Positions 24,799 to 39,400 of a stretch of 64,000 nucleotides of DNA are shown here, one piece after another (the first letter of the stretch is position 1; each line of letters opens with the position of its first letter). The notes under the pieces are model-generated. The model was not told the origin of the DNA, did no database searches, and saw only the letters and a program-made list of their open reading frames with translations. The stretch comes from Anthoceros angustus. Taxonomy: Eukaryota; Plantae; Anthocerotophyta. The stretch covers positions 62,001-126,000 of the forward strand of contig VJWM01000117.1 of NCBI GenBank assembly GCA_010909165.1. Direction: 5' to 3'. Both the position numbers and the translations under genes were made by a program.

Positions 24799-26539
24799 AT
24801 GGATTGGCATCTGAGCATGGATCGCAATTCCGCAGGCTACCGTGCAATCCAAGTGCGTGGCCCTGAGATCCCTCGATTCCCAGGGTCGCAGAGGGCCCGA
24901 GTTGGCTCGAGTGTGGATGTTGGGCTGTAGATCTGATTTGCCAGCGTCAGCCTCGAGGTCATTTGGATGGAAGATGTGACCGGGTCTGCGATGGGTGCGC
25001 TTTTCTCATTTCGCATCAGGTATCAGTCCGCTAGCATTCTCATGTTCCAGGTTTCGGACTACCGGTGGTCTGCTGGCGTAATATCGTGGCTGTGGTGGTT
25101 GAAATGCAGGACTGGAGGAGGAACGGAGACACGAGGAAAAGGCACGGCTGAAGAGCTGCGTTGTAACAAGAAGGTGTGTATGAGCTTATTTCAACTATCG
25201 TGAGAGCTGCTCTGTATTCACAACTCCTTTCGAACTCTACTTTATGTGCATGACACAGCTTGGAAGGGTCATCCTGACCTAGTCCAAGTGCACAATGAAT
25301 CCGTGCCTTAGTCACAATTTTATCTCAACCTGTTCGGTCCCTGGCACTTCCTCGTATACAACGTACCTTCAACAAAAACGATGAAGACGTCTTACGAGTT
25401 TGATTCGAGTGCGTGGAGCTTGCAACCGCATCCCCATGTGTGCGTTGCTGCATGGGCTGATAATTTCAAGTGCTACATGGTCTTCATCGTAAGGATGGCA
25501 AGGTTTGAAGAGAAGCCTTCCCGGACCCTTTTTTCCTTTCTGGAAGGTATGATTCCCGACCGCATGTAGCCTGTAAAGGTCTTCCGAAGGAGACTGTGGT
25601 GCAGCACTTCAGTGGTGAGCATTCACCTGGGTGGGGCATGTTGCATTTAGAGTGATGAGCATTTGCAGGAATGTACCTTCGGTATCTGGACTGTATCGCC
25701 TCTTGTTTTCATGGTGGAGAGTTTTATGAGTCCCAAGGGCGTTCTTTTATTTTTTAGCGAGTTTAGAAATTTTATATAAACATTTTAAAGTATACATGAA
25801 AGCGTGGAAATAGGGTGATGTAAGTAGAGCAGTAACTACTGGCCCCAACCCCGTAGGGTACTCTCGGTGTAACTCCTCCTAATGCGTCTTGAGAGAAATC
25901 TCGTTAGATTCGTATACGCTTTCGTTTTTAGTACTAATCCTGTAATGTATATGATGTGCAATCACATGGAAAATGAACTAAACTTCTAAATTGTGATACA
26001 TGGGAAATGAACTAAACTTCTAAATTGTGACATCCGTTGTAGTCTAGTCTCTTTATAGGTTTTACTTCCTTTTTTTTTTTCCTTTTCTTTCTCATCTTAA
26101 ATAATTTATTATTTTTCTAGTTTAGACGTACATATTGTATTATGTACATATATGTAGGTCTATATATATGTTGTATGTCCTTTTTTATGTTGTATTATCT
26201 CTGTCCCCATGATGCTCCTTTCATCCTTAGTGGACATAGATAAAGTTGCTGTCAAGTGACCAGGGTTCAAGTCCCGCGTCTTAAATTCAGTCTGAAATTG
26301 TCAATATGACCTTCTTTCTCGACTCTCATCCGAGTTTGAATTTGTCTATATGATCACCTTTTTTTACTCTCGCTTGAGCGACCTGGGTTTGAGTCTTGGA
26401 ATTAGAATCTAGTTCGTATTTGTGACCATTTTTTATGCTCAACTCTCACCCGAGCGACCCGGGTTCGAGTCCTGGCATCAGAATCCAGGTTGTATTTGTG
26501 ACCATCTTTCATGATGTTTATTGGTTTCTTCTCTTGAGA

Positions 26540-27155
26540 AATGAAGGGTAGCTTGGAATTATCAGAAGTTCTAGGCGGTCCGGTCGAACCACTGCTAGGA
26601 TGGAATGTTATGTATCCCTTATTTTATACAATCTTTTTCTGCGATGCTTTGCATAAAAAAATCTTTGCCTGCGGAATCATCAGGTTTGCCTGGGGAATGA
26701 TCAGGTTTTCCAGTAGAATTATCAGGAGTTTTAGGCGGACCGATTGAATTGCTACTACGACGGGGTGTTATGTATCTCTTCTTTTATACAATCTCGTTGG
26801 TTTGCATAAAATAATCTTTTTCTACGATGGTTTGCTATCGTTGTTCACCAGGCTGTTGTTATAGGGCTTTTGGCATACCGCTCTTGTCACCTCCCTATGG
26901 GTATGTGTGAAAATATCTTTTCCCTGTACTATATGCATCATTTCCTTGGAATCTTACAGATTTCCTGGCAATCGACCATGCCACATCAACCTGGACACAG
27001 CCATATGGCTTAAAAAGATTTCTTATCATGAGGAGGTGAACATATCTTTTTCGTGTATTATATGCATTATTCCCCTGGAATCTTATAAATTTCCTGGTAG
27101 TTGACCATGCCACATCAACCCGGACACAACCGTATGGCTTAAAAAGATTTCTTGT
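26540..27155. repeat. Two pairs of diverged direct repeats (~160 bp and ~130 bp units)
   Basis: gaattatca..tgttatgtat..ttttatacaatct occurs twice; gaccatgccacatcaacc..tggcttaaaa occurs twice. Confidence 0.75.
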
Positions 27156-27404
27156 CACACAATTAGGGCTTAGGGTTCCAATCTCATCATGAAATCTTTT
27201 TTCTCTTCGTTGGGGTTGAACATGTTTTTATTCTACACCGGTTCACACATACATGTATTGTGTGATGGTTCTGCTCCTCTAGCTATATATGTGATAGCCT
27301 GTTCATCATCGACCGATCGAGGTGCTCAACATTGAGGGTGAGTGCTTGAGAAGGGAGTATCATGATGGTTCTGGAGTGCCTAAACAGACAGCCTCGTATA
27401 TCGC

Positions 27405-27780
27405 CTTGATAGTCCACTCCCTCTTTCTGACTATAACCCTTAGCCACTAGTCTTGCCTTATAGCGAATACGAGGCTCAACCTCCTGGAATTTAGTTTTGA
27501 GAACCCACTTGCATTTGACAGTAGTTCTGCCTTTCGGCAAGTTTACTAGAGTCAAAGTATTTTTTTTTATAAGAGAAATATATTCATCATCAATAGCGAG
27601 CTTCCACTTAGCTGCATCAGGTCGCGAATATGCCTCTTGCAGAGTGAGAGGATCCCCCTCTGAAGGGGCAACACTGAAGGCGTTGAAATGACCTACAGCA
27701 GTGGTGGTGTAGCCAGCTTGATTGAACTCGAAATCAAAGGGGATCTCATTCCAGAGGTGTCTCGATTGACGATGACGCAA
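27405..27780 (-). mobile_element. Ty1/copia reverse transcriptase fragment
   Basis: WKLAIDDEYISL..LVNLPKGRTTVKCKWVLKTK..RYKARLVAKGYSQKEGVDY. Confidence 0.9.
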
Positions 27781-27829
27781 AGGATATCTTCGCTCAGGGG
27801 CTGGATCAAGTATTACATGAGAAGGTGGC

Positions 27830-28010
27830 TATGATTGAGGGTCTGATGGGGGAATGCAAAACTGGTCACAACAAATTTGGCCAAAACGCAACACAAATGG
27901 GCCCAGCTCATCACGTGCGATTCTATCACGATTGAGGATCCAATAGGGAAATGCAAAACTTGTCACAACAGATTTGACCAAAACACAACACAAATGGGCG
28001 CGTGGCTCCA
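27830..28010 (+). other. Duplicated BED-zinc-finger-like fragment
   Basis: GKCKTCHNRFDQNTTQM and a near-copy of it, in two tandem ~98-bp units. Confidence 0.4.
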
Positions 28011-29160
28011 CTTCACAAAAAAAACGGCATATTGTTTGCGCTCCCACCTCATGGTGGGAGTGCTCAAAAGACTACTTTACATCCTACATGCTACATCTTC
28101 CACGCTCCCCATCTGCCTCCATCTCTCTTCATCAGGGAAGAGCTTAAGAGCATGAGCATGACTGCCATCTTCTTGTGCTCCGAGTGTCGTAGAACTAGGC
28201 TCCTGGGCTGCAGATCTTGGAGAGTGCCTTTGTGTAGTCTGAGGGGAGGAATTGCAAACTCTGCATCTCCGGCGTGAGGCACCTGAAAACTGGAAGAGGG
28301 AGCAAAACTAAGGAATGCAAGAGTGAAGATGGTTGCATGCTTGCTCACAAGCTGCCAGCATGACCACACCTTGCGAGCAGGCGTGCAAACCCTCATGATT
28401 GCATGAAACAATCTTGGAACTTGGTGACATGCAAAACACCATCATCACAATAAGTTTTCCCACCGTAGACTACGGGAAAACTTTCAACATAACCCTCAAA
28501 CAAGCACCGAGGTAAGGTTGGTATGGTTGGTAATTCTCTAGGTACAATTAATAATTCCTTAGATACGACTAAGTAATATTAAATTATTTTTTATATTAAA
28601 AATACAAGCGTTTCTAAAAAAACAAGATACAAAGTCCTAAGGGATGGTTTTGTGGAAATTAAATTAAAGTAATTAAAATTAATACATATTTCGAACCTAG
28701 ATGCCGAACTTATGGATGGGGGTACGGTATGCAGGGTACATACCTCTCCACTGATACGGTGACCTTGATGGTCTTCCATGGATAACTAATAAAGGGAGCA
28801 TCCATCTGAAGGGCCTTTCACAATGGCAGTTTCAAGGCACTACGCCGTTTCACAGAAAGATGAGAAGTACTCCCAAAAAAAGCTTTCTTTCCAAGAGCTC
28901 ACACATCGAACTGTGCCCGCGGTGAGTCCGCAGTGTTCCATAATTAGCCATGAGGATAGCCCAAGAGGCTTACCCTGGTTCCATCATATACTCGTGATCC
29001 TATAATCATAATTAATAATCATGAATAATGATCCAACTTAGGGTTCCGCAATAGAGTGACTGGCGATGATCTCTCGCGTCGCCTTCTTTAGCGTGGCCTT
29101 CTCCCAAGACTCCTCCACAGATTCTCGAAAAACATCAAGAATCAACACTACTGCTCAATC

Positions 29161-30120
29161 ATGGATGAGGCAATCAATGTGTACGAAGACTTTACCAGAC
29201 AAGCCAAGGGAAATCTCACAGCTATGGAGAATGGAGAAGCCTTTGAAGACCAAGAGGATGACCTCGTTGCGGGCTCAGAGGAGCAACATGCCAAGGCCAG
29301 ATTAAAGCGCGACACCAACCTTATGTGGAGTGAAGGAGCAACAACGGTCCTGATAAAAGCCTATCATGAGATGCACCTCGTGCACCTCAAGCAAGGGAAC
29401 CTCACCACAAGACACTGGAATGAGGTCGCTGCTGAAGTTGGCAACAACTGTGGCCTTCCTGGTGTGACTGCCAAAAAGTGCAAGATGAAAATGGAGAATC
29501 TAAAGAAGCGATATCGAAAGGAGAAGGAGCAGAAGACAGCAACGGGGAGCGTCAATACCATATGGCCACACTTCCATGCAATGGCAGATCTTTGCGACAA
29601 GAACCCAAAGTTCCAAGGGATTCCAGGTCCCTTAGATCCTGGGAAGTCAAAGCCTAAGGAAGGTACTGCCAATTCACCTTCAAATGCTGCCAGGAGTGGA
29701 ACTTACTTAGTTGACTCTGAGCAAGCTTCTCAAGGCAATTCGCCTCATGCACCTCAGCACATGACTCCCGATGCTCATGAGACCACTGAAGGGCAGTGTG
29801 CAGAATCCCCCAGTAAGCCAAGCATTGAAGAACACGACAACATGTGCAATTCTGTACAAGGCAAAAAGGTCAAGCGTATAAGGTCTTCTACTTCAGGAGT
29901 TGGAAAGGAAATTGCGGCAGGCTTATCTTCCTTTCCAGATTGTCTGACAAAGATTGAAGCTGCCAAGATGGCCAACCAGCTCCATATTCAGTAGCTAATG
30001 CTCCAACACGAGCTACGTCGGGATGAGTTGCAGATGGAAAACCAGCTCAAAATAGCAGTGATGCTTGCAGGGTTGCCCCAAAATATAGAAGGAGGCCTTG
30101 GTGAACATAGCAAGAGTGGT
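29161..30120 (+). mobile_element. PIF/Harbinger Myb/SANT-like DNA-binding ORF, probably with a premature stop at 29992-29994
   Basis: WSEGATTVLI..WNEVA..KCKMKMENLKKRYRKEK..WPHFHAM trihelix signature. A coiled-coil-like frame continues past the TAG. Convergent with the Harbinger transposase. Confidence 0.8.
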
Positions 30121-30570
30121 AAGAAAGGCAGGACATAGAAGGAAGAAGGTCTCCCAGACAGGCCGGTTGAAGAAAGGCAGGAAGGGAAAAAAGGGCAGGA
30201 AGAAAGGCTTTACACAGGCAGGTTGAAGAAAGGCAAGAAGGGACAGGAAGGGCAGGAAGGAGGGCCACTAAACAGGCATGTTGAAGAAAGGCAGGAGGGG
30301 CTGGAAGGGCAGCCTGAAAGAGGGCCCTTAAACATGCATGTTGAAGAAAGGCAAGAAGGACAAGAAGGGCAGGAAGGAGGGCTCCGAGATAAGGAGGTTG
30401 AAGAAAGCAGGTTGAAGAAAGACAGGAAGGGCAGGAAGGAGGGCTCCGAGATAAGCAGGTTGAAGAAAGCAGGTTGAAGAAAGACAGGAAAGATAGGAAG
30501 GACAGGAAGGACAGGAAGGAAGAAGAAGAAGAAGAATTTTATTTAAGTCCACTAAGGAAGGGCAGGAATG
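30110..30570. repeat. Purine-rich degenerate tandem repeats (gttgaagaaaggcaggaagg)
   Basis: Visible in the sequence. Contains a ~40-bp SINE-like tail at 30521-30557. Confidence 0.85.
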
Positions 30571-30800
30571 ACATGAAGCTGCCAAAAGGATAGTATGCTA
30601 GGAATTGGCACGCTTCTTATTGTGTGCACTGATCTAGGAAAAGGAGTTTCACGTCAACTGCCACTCAAGGAAACAACAGGTTCTAGTATGAAAGTAATGT
30701 GGCAGTTCACTGGTAGTTATGTTTCTGTGTCCTTATTATTGTTTTTGGTGTGTACAATGCAGAAGCTCTTTCTCACAATCCTTATTCCCATATAACCATA

Positions 30801-33800
30801 TGTTAGAGTTAATTGTGTTTACCCTAACTCGGTTAGTGGTAGATTAGTTTAATTAGGGTTATCCTTGATATACTATTTAAACATGGACCAGTACTTTTTG
30901 TATTATTGCTCTTATTTTCAATATATGCTTCCGTTGTCTTTGTCATGGTATCAGAGCCATGGAATTTCTTTTTGCCACAATCCGTATTTTGTAGATGATT
31001 TGCTAGCCATTGTCTATGGGAAATTGTTGTGGAGATTTGCTGGTGTATTTATCTACTTGATAAATGCCTCATTTCTCACAATCTGATGGCGCGTCAGGGA
31101 AGATGTGTTTTGACGGATTCATTCTCGGTTTGCTGACAGGCTTGTGAATCAGCCATTGAGATCGGGCCGTGGTAGGAGATCACAACATGCTCTGTCACGG
31201 CGCGACCTGTTCTATGATGGGATGCAGGTGTCTCGGGAAGAATCCTAGCTGATTTCCTAGCCAGTTCAGATCAGAGGAGGAGAGCACCTGAATTCACGTC
31301 TCTTTCCCGGCTGGACAGCATCGAGACTCTGCTTAGGCGCATCCTGGATGAGCAGGCTAGGCAGGCGACCCGTCTCGATTGCTTCGCTGTTAGAATTGCT
31401 GGCTTACTGGAGATTTGGTGAGTCACAGGGCCGGAAATCATCTACTCAGTATTGCGACTGTGGCTGTCAATTGCGCCGAGACTTTATGGCGAAGGGAGCG
31501 CGGTGAAGATGCCGGCTTCCCTCCGCATCGCGATGCAGGATTGCTGTAACTCGGATCAGGATGGGCGCGGCACATGTGAGCGTGATCTGAAGCGGTGCTT
31601 GCCTTGCTTGGTCGCGGTGTGCGTCATCCTGTCGCGGGTGGTTTTAACGGAAACGAAATGGGTTCTTTTTAGGGCTTCGGTGCGCTTAAGTTGGCATATC
31701 GTTTCGGGTTCCTTTTTGGGGCTTTGGTGCGCTTAAGTTGGAATATCGGTTCGGGTGGCCTTTTAGGGCATTGATGCACTTAAGTTGGAATATCGTTTCG
31801 GGTTCTTTTTTAGGTCTTTGGTGCATTTAAGTTGTAATAACGTTTCGCTTTATAAGTTGAACCTGCTTTATGATGCGAAACGACTTGAGATTTCTTAGTT
31901 TCTTCTTTTAGAATAAGAACTCTTGTATAGTTTATCTTTGTAAGTCTAGAGTTTAGAGGTCATTTACCTTTCTTTCTAGATTGTGTATGTCGGACTCATC
32001 TTCCAGTAGTGAGCATGATGATGCAGTAAGACCAGATCCCTTGTACAGGGATGACTCTACTGACTCTGAAGCTGAGGAACAAGCTAGGTTAAATTCTCAA
32101 ATTGCTTCAACTTTTCAACAGTTAGCACGTTTGAATACAAATACCTCAGTTCCTCAACCTCTTCAGTCTAGACCCCCTGCTGTTCCATTCCCTCTTACCA
32201 TGACGTGCTAGTGGTGCTTTGACAACTCTTGGAGCTACCTATTGGTGAATTTAAGGAGAAGGACCGGTTTGATGGCAAAGCTTCCGTTATGAGAGCGTGC
32301 GGATGCGAGCATTCTTGGATGCCGAGATGTGGGAATATGTTGAGTTCTTTTCCTAAACACGATATCACAATTCCAGGTGTTACTCAAGACATGGTGGACA
32401 AGTGGAAAAAGGGGAACAAAATAGCTTTTGCTATTCTACTTTCAGGTCTAGATGAAACTACTGTTACGGAGGTGGAGTCCTTACCAACAACAGCTGAGGT
32501 TTGGACGCAGCTGAAAGATACATATTAGGTGCAAAATATTCTTACGCTTGTACATGCTAGGAATGAGTTTTATGGCCTGAAGCTGCGAGAAGGAGATCCA
32601 GTGGGACCACATATTGTGAAGTTCGCCATTTGCGATCTCAGCTAGCTCTTGGATCTAGTATGATCAAGTGGACGCATTGCTCAATTGCTATCCACTTACC
32701 TTTCTTTCGAACTTCGTGTCAAGCCAAAATACCTCCATTCGAGCTTCTTATCGGTGTGAGTGCTGGTAGACCTTCCCTTATAACGTTGAATGACTTGATT
32801 GGGGCTCTCAAGAGGAACAGTCGCCATAAGTCGTGGCCTTCGTCCCCGCCTCCGGGAGAAGGTGCTTTACGTTGCAAAAGGAAAAGGACCAGGCACAACA
32901 ATAAGAACAAGAAAGGAGTAGGTTTGTCCGCCGCCTCTTCGCTGACGGGGTGCTTGTAATCGTGTCAAATTGTGGCATTGGGAGCGTGATTGCAGAAGAA
33001 AAGGCAACCAAAGAAGGAAGTTCGTCCTTTGGCTCATGTTAGTACCAAGGAGCATCTTGGACAACAACATAAAAGCGTAGCCTGTGTTGTGTGTCTAATT
33101 TCGAGTAAGGAGAATTCATTTATGTGGTTTGTAGATTCCGGATCTACTTCGCACATTTGTAACAACAGGAAGCTATTTTCTAAGTTCAGCTATCAATCAC
33201 CTTTTCGTACTGTTTATGTTGGTGACTCTAGGGGACTAGAAGTGGAAGGTAGTGGTGAAGTTTGCATACCTTTGTTAGATGGTACAAGCTTGCTGCTTTC
33301 TGATGTGTTGTTTGTTCCTGCAATGAGCAAAAACTTGCTTTCTGTTAGAGCTGTTACTTCTGCTGGTGACTTTGGGTTTAGCTTTGAACATTTGCATTGT
33401 TATATGTATAGATTACAATTGCCAGGGAATTATGTTGCAAAGGCTACCTTAGTTGATGATTTGTATCAGCTTGATATTTCTCCTTGTACTTTTACTCCTA
33501 GTGCTCATGCTTTAGTAACCTCTTCTTCTCATCAAGCTAGCTTATGGCATGCACGTCTAGGTCATGTCAATAAGGCTAAGCTTAACTTGATGTCTCACTC
33601 GCTACCGAGAGAAGCTCCTTGTTTCAAGCACCTTGCTTCTGCAGGCGTGTATCTTGTCCAAGCAGAAGGAGCTTCCTTTTAAGAATCAATCGGCTACTCG
33701 AGCTAAAGCAGTTTTGGAGTTGATACATGCAGATCTAGCGGGAAAGCTTCCAGTGAAATCACTTGGTGGGTCCGAGTATTATCTTTCTCACGGATGATTT

Positions 33801-36800
33801 TTCACGCTATACATGGACCTTTCCTTGCGGTTGAAGAGTGACGCCTTTGAGCATATCTCCTCATGGATTCCTATGGTTCAAAGACAAACAGACATTTGGT
33901 CAAGTGCTTCCGACCGATAATGGTGGAGAGTTTTATCGCCATAGGTTTGATGGGCTTTTCAGATGGGATCATCGTCAACTTTCGCTTATACACAACAATG
34001 TAATGGAGTTGCTGAAAGGAAGAATCAAACCTTGATGGGAATGACTCGAGCATGTTGGCTTGGCGGTCTTCCTAAATCCTTTTGAGGCCGTAGTTGCGTT
34101 TACTTATATTTTGAATAGAGTTGTGACTTCACACTGGTTGCACGCCTTATGAAGCCTTTTGGGCGCAAGCCAAGTCTTCTTCATTTACGTGTTTTGGATC
34201 TCCGCTTTTGCATTCATTCCGAGGCCAAGAGGGGAAGTTAGATGCAAGGTCGAAGCCTCTTATTTTTCTTGGCTACTCGGAAGAATCCAAAGCATACAAG
34301 TTGTTTGATCCTCGACCTATAAGATGACGTTGGCGAGGAGTGTTACCTTTAAGGAGATCACTTCTCCACTTTCTTTCACTTTCTCGACGCTATGGATGAT
34401 GTGCAGGAGGATATGAGTGACCCTGTTCAGGTTATGTTTCCACAGACGGATGGAGCGTTGGATGGTGAACAGTTTCCTTTAGCTCCAACTGCTATGGTAG
34501 ATGATACTACCGCCATACCTGGTGTGGTTGATTCACCTGTTTCTGATGATGTGCAGTCCACTTCTTCTCATGCTTCCCTTGATGATGAGGTTGCTGGTCT
34601 TGATGAATCTTGTTCCCCTCCTGCAGCATCCCCGCCCCGATATTCATTGAGAGAGCGTCGTACTCGTGATCAGTGGATTGAACAGCCGTATCAGTCTATA
34701 GACTTTAGGAAGTCTTCAGCTAATGTAGCAGCTATTTCCATACCTGAGGTTAGACCGGATCCTCCATAGAGAAGCTTTAGATGGCCCGATGGGGAACATT
34801 GGCGGGTCTCCATAGCGAGATGAGTATAACTCTCTTGTTAAAAATAACACTTGGGAGCTTGTGGATCACACGGGAGAAAGCCTATAACTTGTAAATGGGT
34901 TTTTAAAACTAAGCTTAAAGCCGATGGCACTATTGCTAGATATAAGTCTAGATTGGTTGCTAGGGGCTTTAGTCAAATTCCGTGAATTGATTATGGAGAC
35001 ACCTTTAGTCCAGTTGTTAAGCCTCCATCATCCGCATACTTTTAGCTATGGGCTGGAGTTTAATTTAGAACTTCATCAAATGGATGTTTGTACTGCATGG
35101 TGAACTTGAGGAGGTTCTCTATATGACGCAATTTAAGGGTTTGTTAGTAAGAAGTTTCCAAAGAAGGTTTGTAAGTTGCTCAAGACTTTATATGGATTAA
35201 AGCAGTCCGAGAGCTGGTTTAAGCGGATTATGAAGTTTTGAAACGCTAGGTTCATTCATCCGGGCGATACAAATGTTTTCTATCTTTTAGCGCCTTGTTT
35301 GTAATCTTAGCTTTGTATGTGGATGATGCAATCCTACTTAGTAATAGTATGCGGATGGATGAAGTCAAGGCTATGTTGCGGTCGGAGTTCGAGATGACCA
35401 CTGTGGTCCTCTGGAGTTTTGTTTAGGAGTTCAAATCCTTAGAGAGGCAACAAGGGTTATTGTTCTTCATCAAACAAAATATTTTAAGGAAATATTAACA
35501 CGTTTCCATTTGGAGGATGCTCGACCGCAACAACTCCTTATTCGGGGGAGAAGCTTACGATAGAGCGCCTCCGATCGCGATAAGGAAGATATGTCTCCTC
35601 CTGCGTCAAGGGGTGTTTGATTTTCGTGCTAATTGGACTAGGCCGATATTTCCCGTTGTTGTTTCTCGGTTTCTTAAGAACCCGGTAAACCTCACGGAAT
35701 GTGAAGAGGATATATCGTTACCTCAAGGGTACATTGGCTTATGGTCTTCATTATACATCAAGTGGCAGAAAGATTTTACTCTTACATCCTTTGCTGCGGA
35801 TGGCATTGATGTCGACACTAGAAGGAGTTTGTCGGCTTATGCGTGCATTTTAGCTTCGAGTTAATCGGTCATGCAAGAAACAAGCGCCCTTGGCACTTTC
35901 TACGGAGGCCGAATATAAGGCACTAGCGATGCTTGTAAAGAGGTGGAATGGGAACGGCAATTTTGGATTCTATCAAGTTGACAGGAGGATGCCACTTCCT
36001 TGTTTTGTGACAATATGTCGCTATCGCTCTTGTTGCTAATCCTAGGTTTCATGCGAGAACAAAGCATATCGAGCTTTATCATCATTATATTAGGGATGTT
36101 GCGTAACGTGGTTTGGTCCGGTGCAATATGTGGCGACTTGAAAACGCGTCGATATATATTGACAAAGGGTCTTTCACAACCTAGGCATTTTAAGCATCTT
36201 GCTAGTTTGGGTTTAAGGAGTTTAAGCTCCCAACCCCTATATCAAAATCCGATTTTATATATATGAGGAGAGTGACACTTGGTTTTCTACAATATGGAAT
36301 TACTATCTAATTTTCAGCTATACTCTCCTATGTATTTTGGGATTTATGGACCGCAAAATCTGAACATAAGTGAAATGAGATTGGCGGCATGGTGGATGAA
36401 GCATCACTTTGTTATTCCCGCAGCGCAGATCGAAACACACAAATCGAAACGAAAACAACAATGCTTTAAAGGGAAACAGTCCGACCATGTGTGTTGCGAC
36501 GAAGTCTCAAGTCCCGTTGCCCTCATCTCGACTGGCTACCGCCTTTTGTATTTCTTCGTGAGTGGCTCTGGCTTGTGTTCATCCGCCTTGGACAAAGATC
36601 GCGATCGTCTTTTGTTGCGATTGAGCCTCGGAGTGCTGGTCAATCTTTTGGTTGCCGTGCACAGCAAGCCCGCCGCCGGTGGGCCATTCTCGTCACCCTT
36701 GGTGCCGACCGCATCCGGTGGCGCCTTTTTCGGGCGCGCTGAGTGTGGTGAGCGTGGCGCGATTCAGATCGCTGGAGGAGAATCGATCACGCCCACTGTG

Positions 36801-39400
36801 GTTCCCGGCGCATCGGACGCCATCGCTTGAGGTTGTCCTGTGAATCGCGTGGCATGGATTTTTCCGTCGCGATGCGGCGCCGCCAGTGGCGATCGTGGTG
36901 TTGGACGCGTGGCGACCTGCTGGTGTGCTATGGGTGTGATTTTAAGCTCTGCGGCACGCTTCGAGTGTCACGCTATCGAGAGAAATGTGTCCTTGGGCGC
37001 AGTGGAGTTAGTTTGCACGCTTGCTTGTGCTTTGTGTTTCCTCGTGTGTGGACTTGGTGTGGTGTTGTTTCGCGTGTGGCTTTAACTCCTTTTAACCTCG
37101 TTAGGTTAAGTGGGGTGTTAGAGTTAATTGTGTTTACCCTAACTCGGTTAGTGGTAGATTAGTTTAATTAGGGTTATCCTTGATATACTATTTAAACATG
37201 GACCACTTTTGTATTATTGCTCTTATTTTCAATATATGCTTCCGTTGTCTTTTGTCACCATATAGATATCATACATCCGCCATACACAATCCACCTTAAA
37301 CATCTCTAGGTCCTCTCCTTTTCCAATACTCAAACAACTTATTTCGTTTCACCATCGCTATATTGTACATCCTCGTTCTCCAAGAGCTTCCCACATATGG
37401 TTACGCCACTGTGGGGGATACGGGTCTTCATCATCTTGTTGTGCTTCTAACTCTCCAACATGTATACAAAAACTATGAAGTGCAAACAAGTTATGAGACT
37501 TGCGGGGCATACTTCAAGCGAACATTAAGATTCTTGATCACGCCATTTATTCTTCAGCAGTGCAAAGGCATTCTCCACCTTCACTCTGCCTCTTCGCAAA
37601 GACCGGTTGAAAAGTTTTTGAGTGCGGTCTTCCCCTGTTGCATGAAACGGTTTCATGAGGAAAGGCATTAATGGATATGCACTATCACCTAAAATGTAAG
37701 GAGTTATTTCAACTAATTGGACTAGGCCGGATATTTCTTATCTTTGTCGGTGTTGTTTCTCGGTTTCTTAAGAACCCGTAAACCTCACGGAATCGTGAAG
37801 AGGATATATCGTTACCTCAAGGGTACATTGGCTTATGGTCTTCATTATACATCAAGTGGCAGCAAAGATTTTACTCTTACATCCTTTGCAGACTGGATGG
37901 GCGGTGATCGACACTAGAAGGAGTTTGTCGGCTTATGCGTGCATTTTAGCCGGAGTGGCGGTCATGCAAGAAACAAGCGTCCTTGGCACTCTCTTCTACG
38001 GAGGCCGAATATAAGGCACTAAGCGATGCTTGTAAAGAGGTGGAATGGGAACGGCAATTTTGGATTCTATCAAGTTGACACGGAGGATGCCACTTCCTTG
38101 TTTTGTGACAATATCCGGCTATCGCTCTTGTTGCTAATCCTAGGTTTCATGCGAGAACAAAGCATATCGAGCTTTATCATCATTATATTAGGGATGTTGC
38201 GTAACGTGGTTTGGTCCGTGTGCAATATGTGGCGACTTGACGTTATATATTGACAAAGGGTCTTTCACAACCTAGGCATTTTAAGCATCTTGCTAGTTTG
38301 GGTTTAAGGAGTTTAAGCTCCCAACCCCTATATCAAAATCCGATTTTATATATATGAGGAGAGTGACACTTGGTTTTCTACAATATGGAATTACTATCTA
38401 ATTTTCAGCTATACTCTCCTATGTATTTTTGGGATTTATGGACCGCAAAATCGAACATAAGTGAAATGAGATTGGTCACTGGTGGATGAAGCATCACGGC
38501 TTTGTTATTGATCGCGGAGACACACAATCGAAACGAAAACAACAATGCTTTAAGGAAACAGTCCGACCAGTGTGTTGCAACGAAGTCTCAAGTCCCGTTG
38601 CCCTCATCTCTTCGACTGCTACCGCCTTTTGTATTTCTTGGCGTGAGTGGCTCGGCTTGTGTCTTCATCGGCCTGACGATCGCGATCAGTCTTTTGTTGC
38701 GATTGAGCCTCGGTGACTGGTCAATCTTTCGGCTTTGGTTGCTGCCGTGCACAAATCTGCAAGCTCGGCGGGTATGGGCCATTCTCTGGTCACCCTTGGT
38801 GCTGACTCTGCATCTGTTGCTGGTGGCGCCTCCTTTTTCTTGCTGTGGCGCTGGAGTGTGGTGAGCGTGGGGCGCGATTCAGGACTGCTTGGTGGAGAAT
38901 CGATCACGCCCGACAGTTTGTGGTTCCTGGCGCGCCATCGGACACCACTGGCTTGAGGTTGTCCCAGGAATCGGAGTGCGCGGCATGGATTTTCTGTCGC
39001 GGGACGGTGTGGCGGTATGGCGGTCGTGGTGTTGGACGGTGGTGACTGCGGTGTGCTATGGGTGTGATTTTAAGCTCGGGCGTGCTTCGTTTAGTGTCCT
39101 GCTGCTATCGCGAGAAATGTGTCCTTGGTGCGCGGTGGAGTTAGTTTGCACGCTTGCTTGTGCTTTGTGTTTCCTCGTGTGTTTACGGACTTGGTGTGGT
39201 GTTGTTTCGTTCGTGTGGCTTTAACTCCTTTTAACCTCGTTAGGTTAAGTGGGGGTGTTAGAGTTAATTGTGTTTACCCTAACTCGGTTAGTGGTAGATT
39301 AGTTTAATTAGGGTTATCCTTGATATACTATTTAAACATGGACCAGTACTTTTTGTATTATTGCTCTTATTTTCAATATATGCTTCCGTTGTCTTTGTCA
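30801..39400 (+). mobile_element. Full-length Ty1/copia LTR retrotransposon with a duplicated 3' end (LTRs 30801-30945, 37116-37257, 39256-39400)
   Basis: 145-bp TG..CA LTRs, PBS TGGTATCAGAGCC (30946-30958), TSD CCATA, protease WFVDSGSTSH, LWHARLGH, integrase TDNGGEF, RT YVDD and RNase H remnants, and a purine tract before the 3' LTR. Confidence 0.95.
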
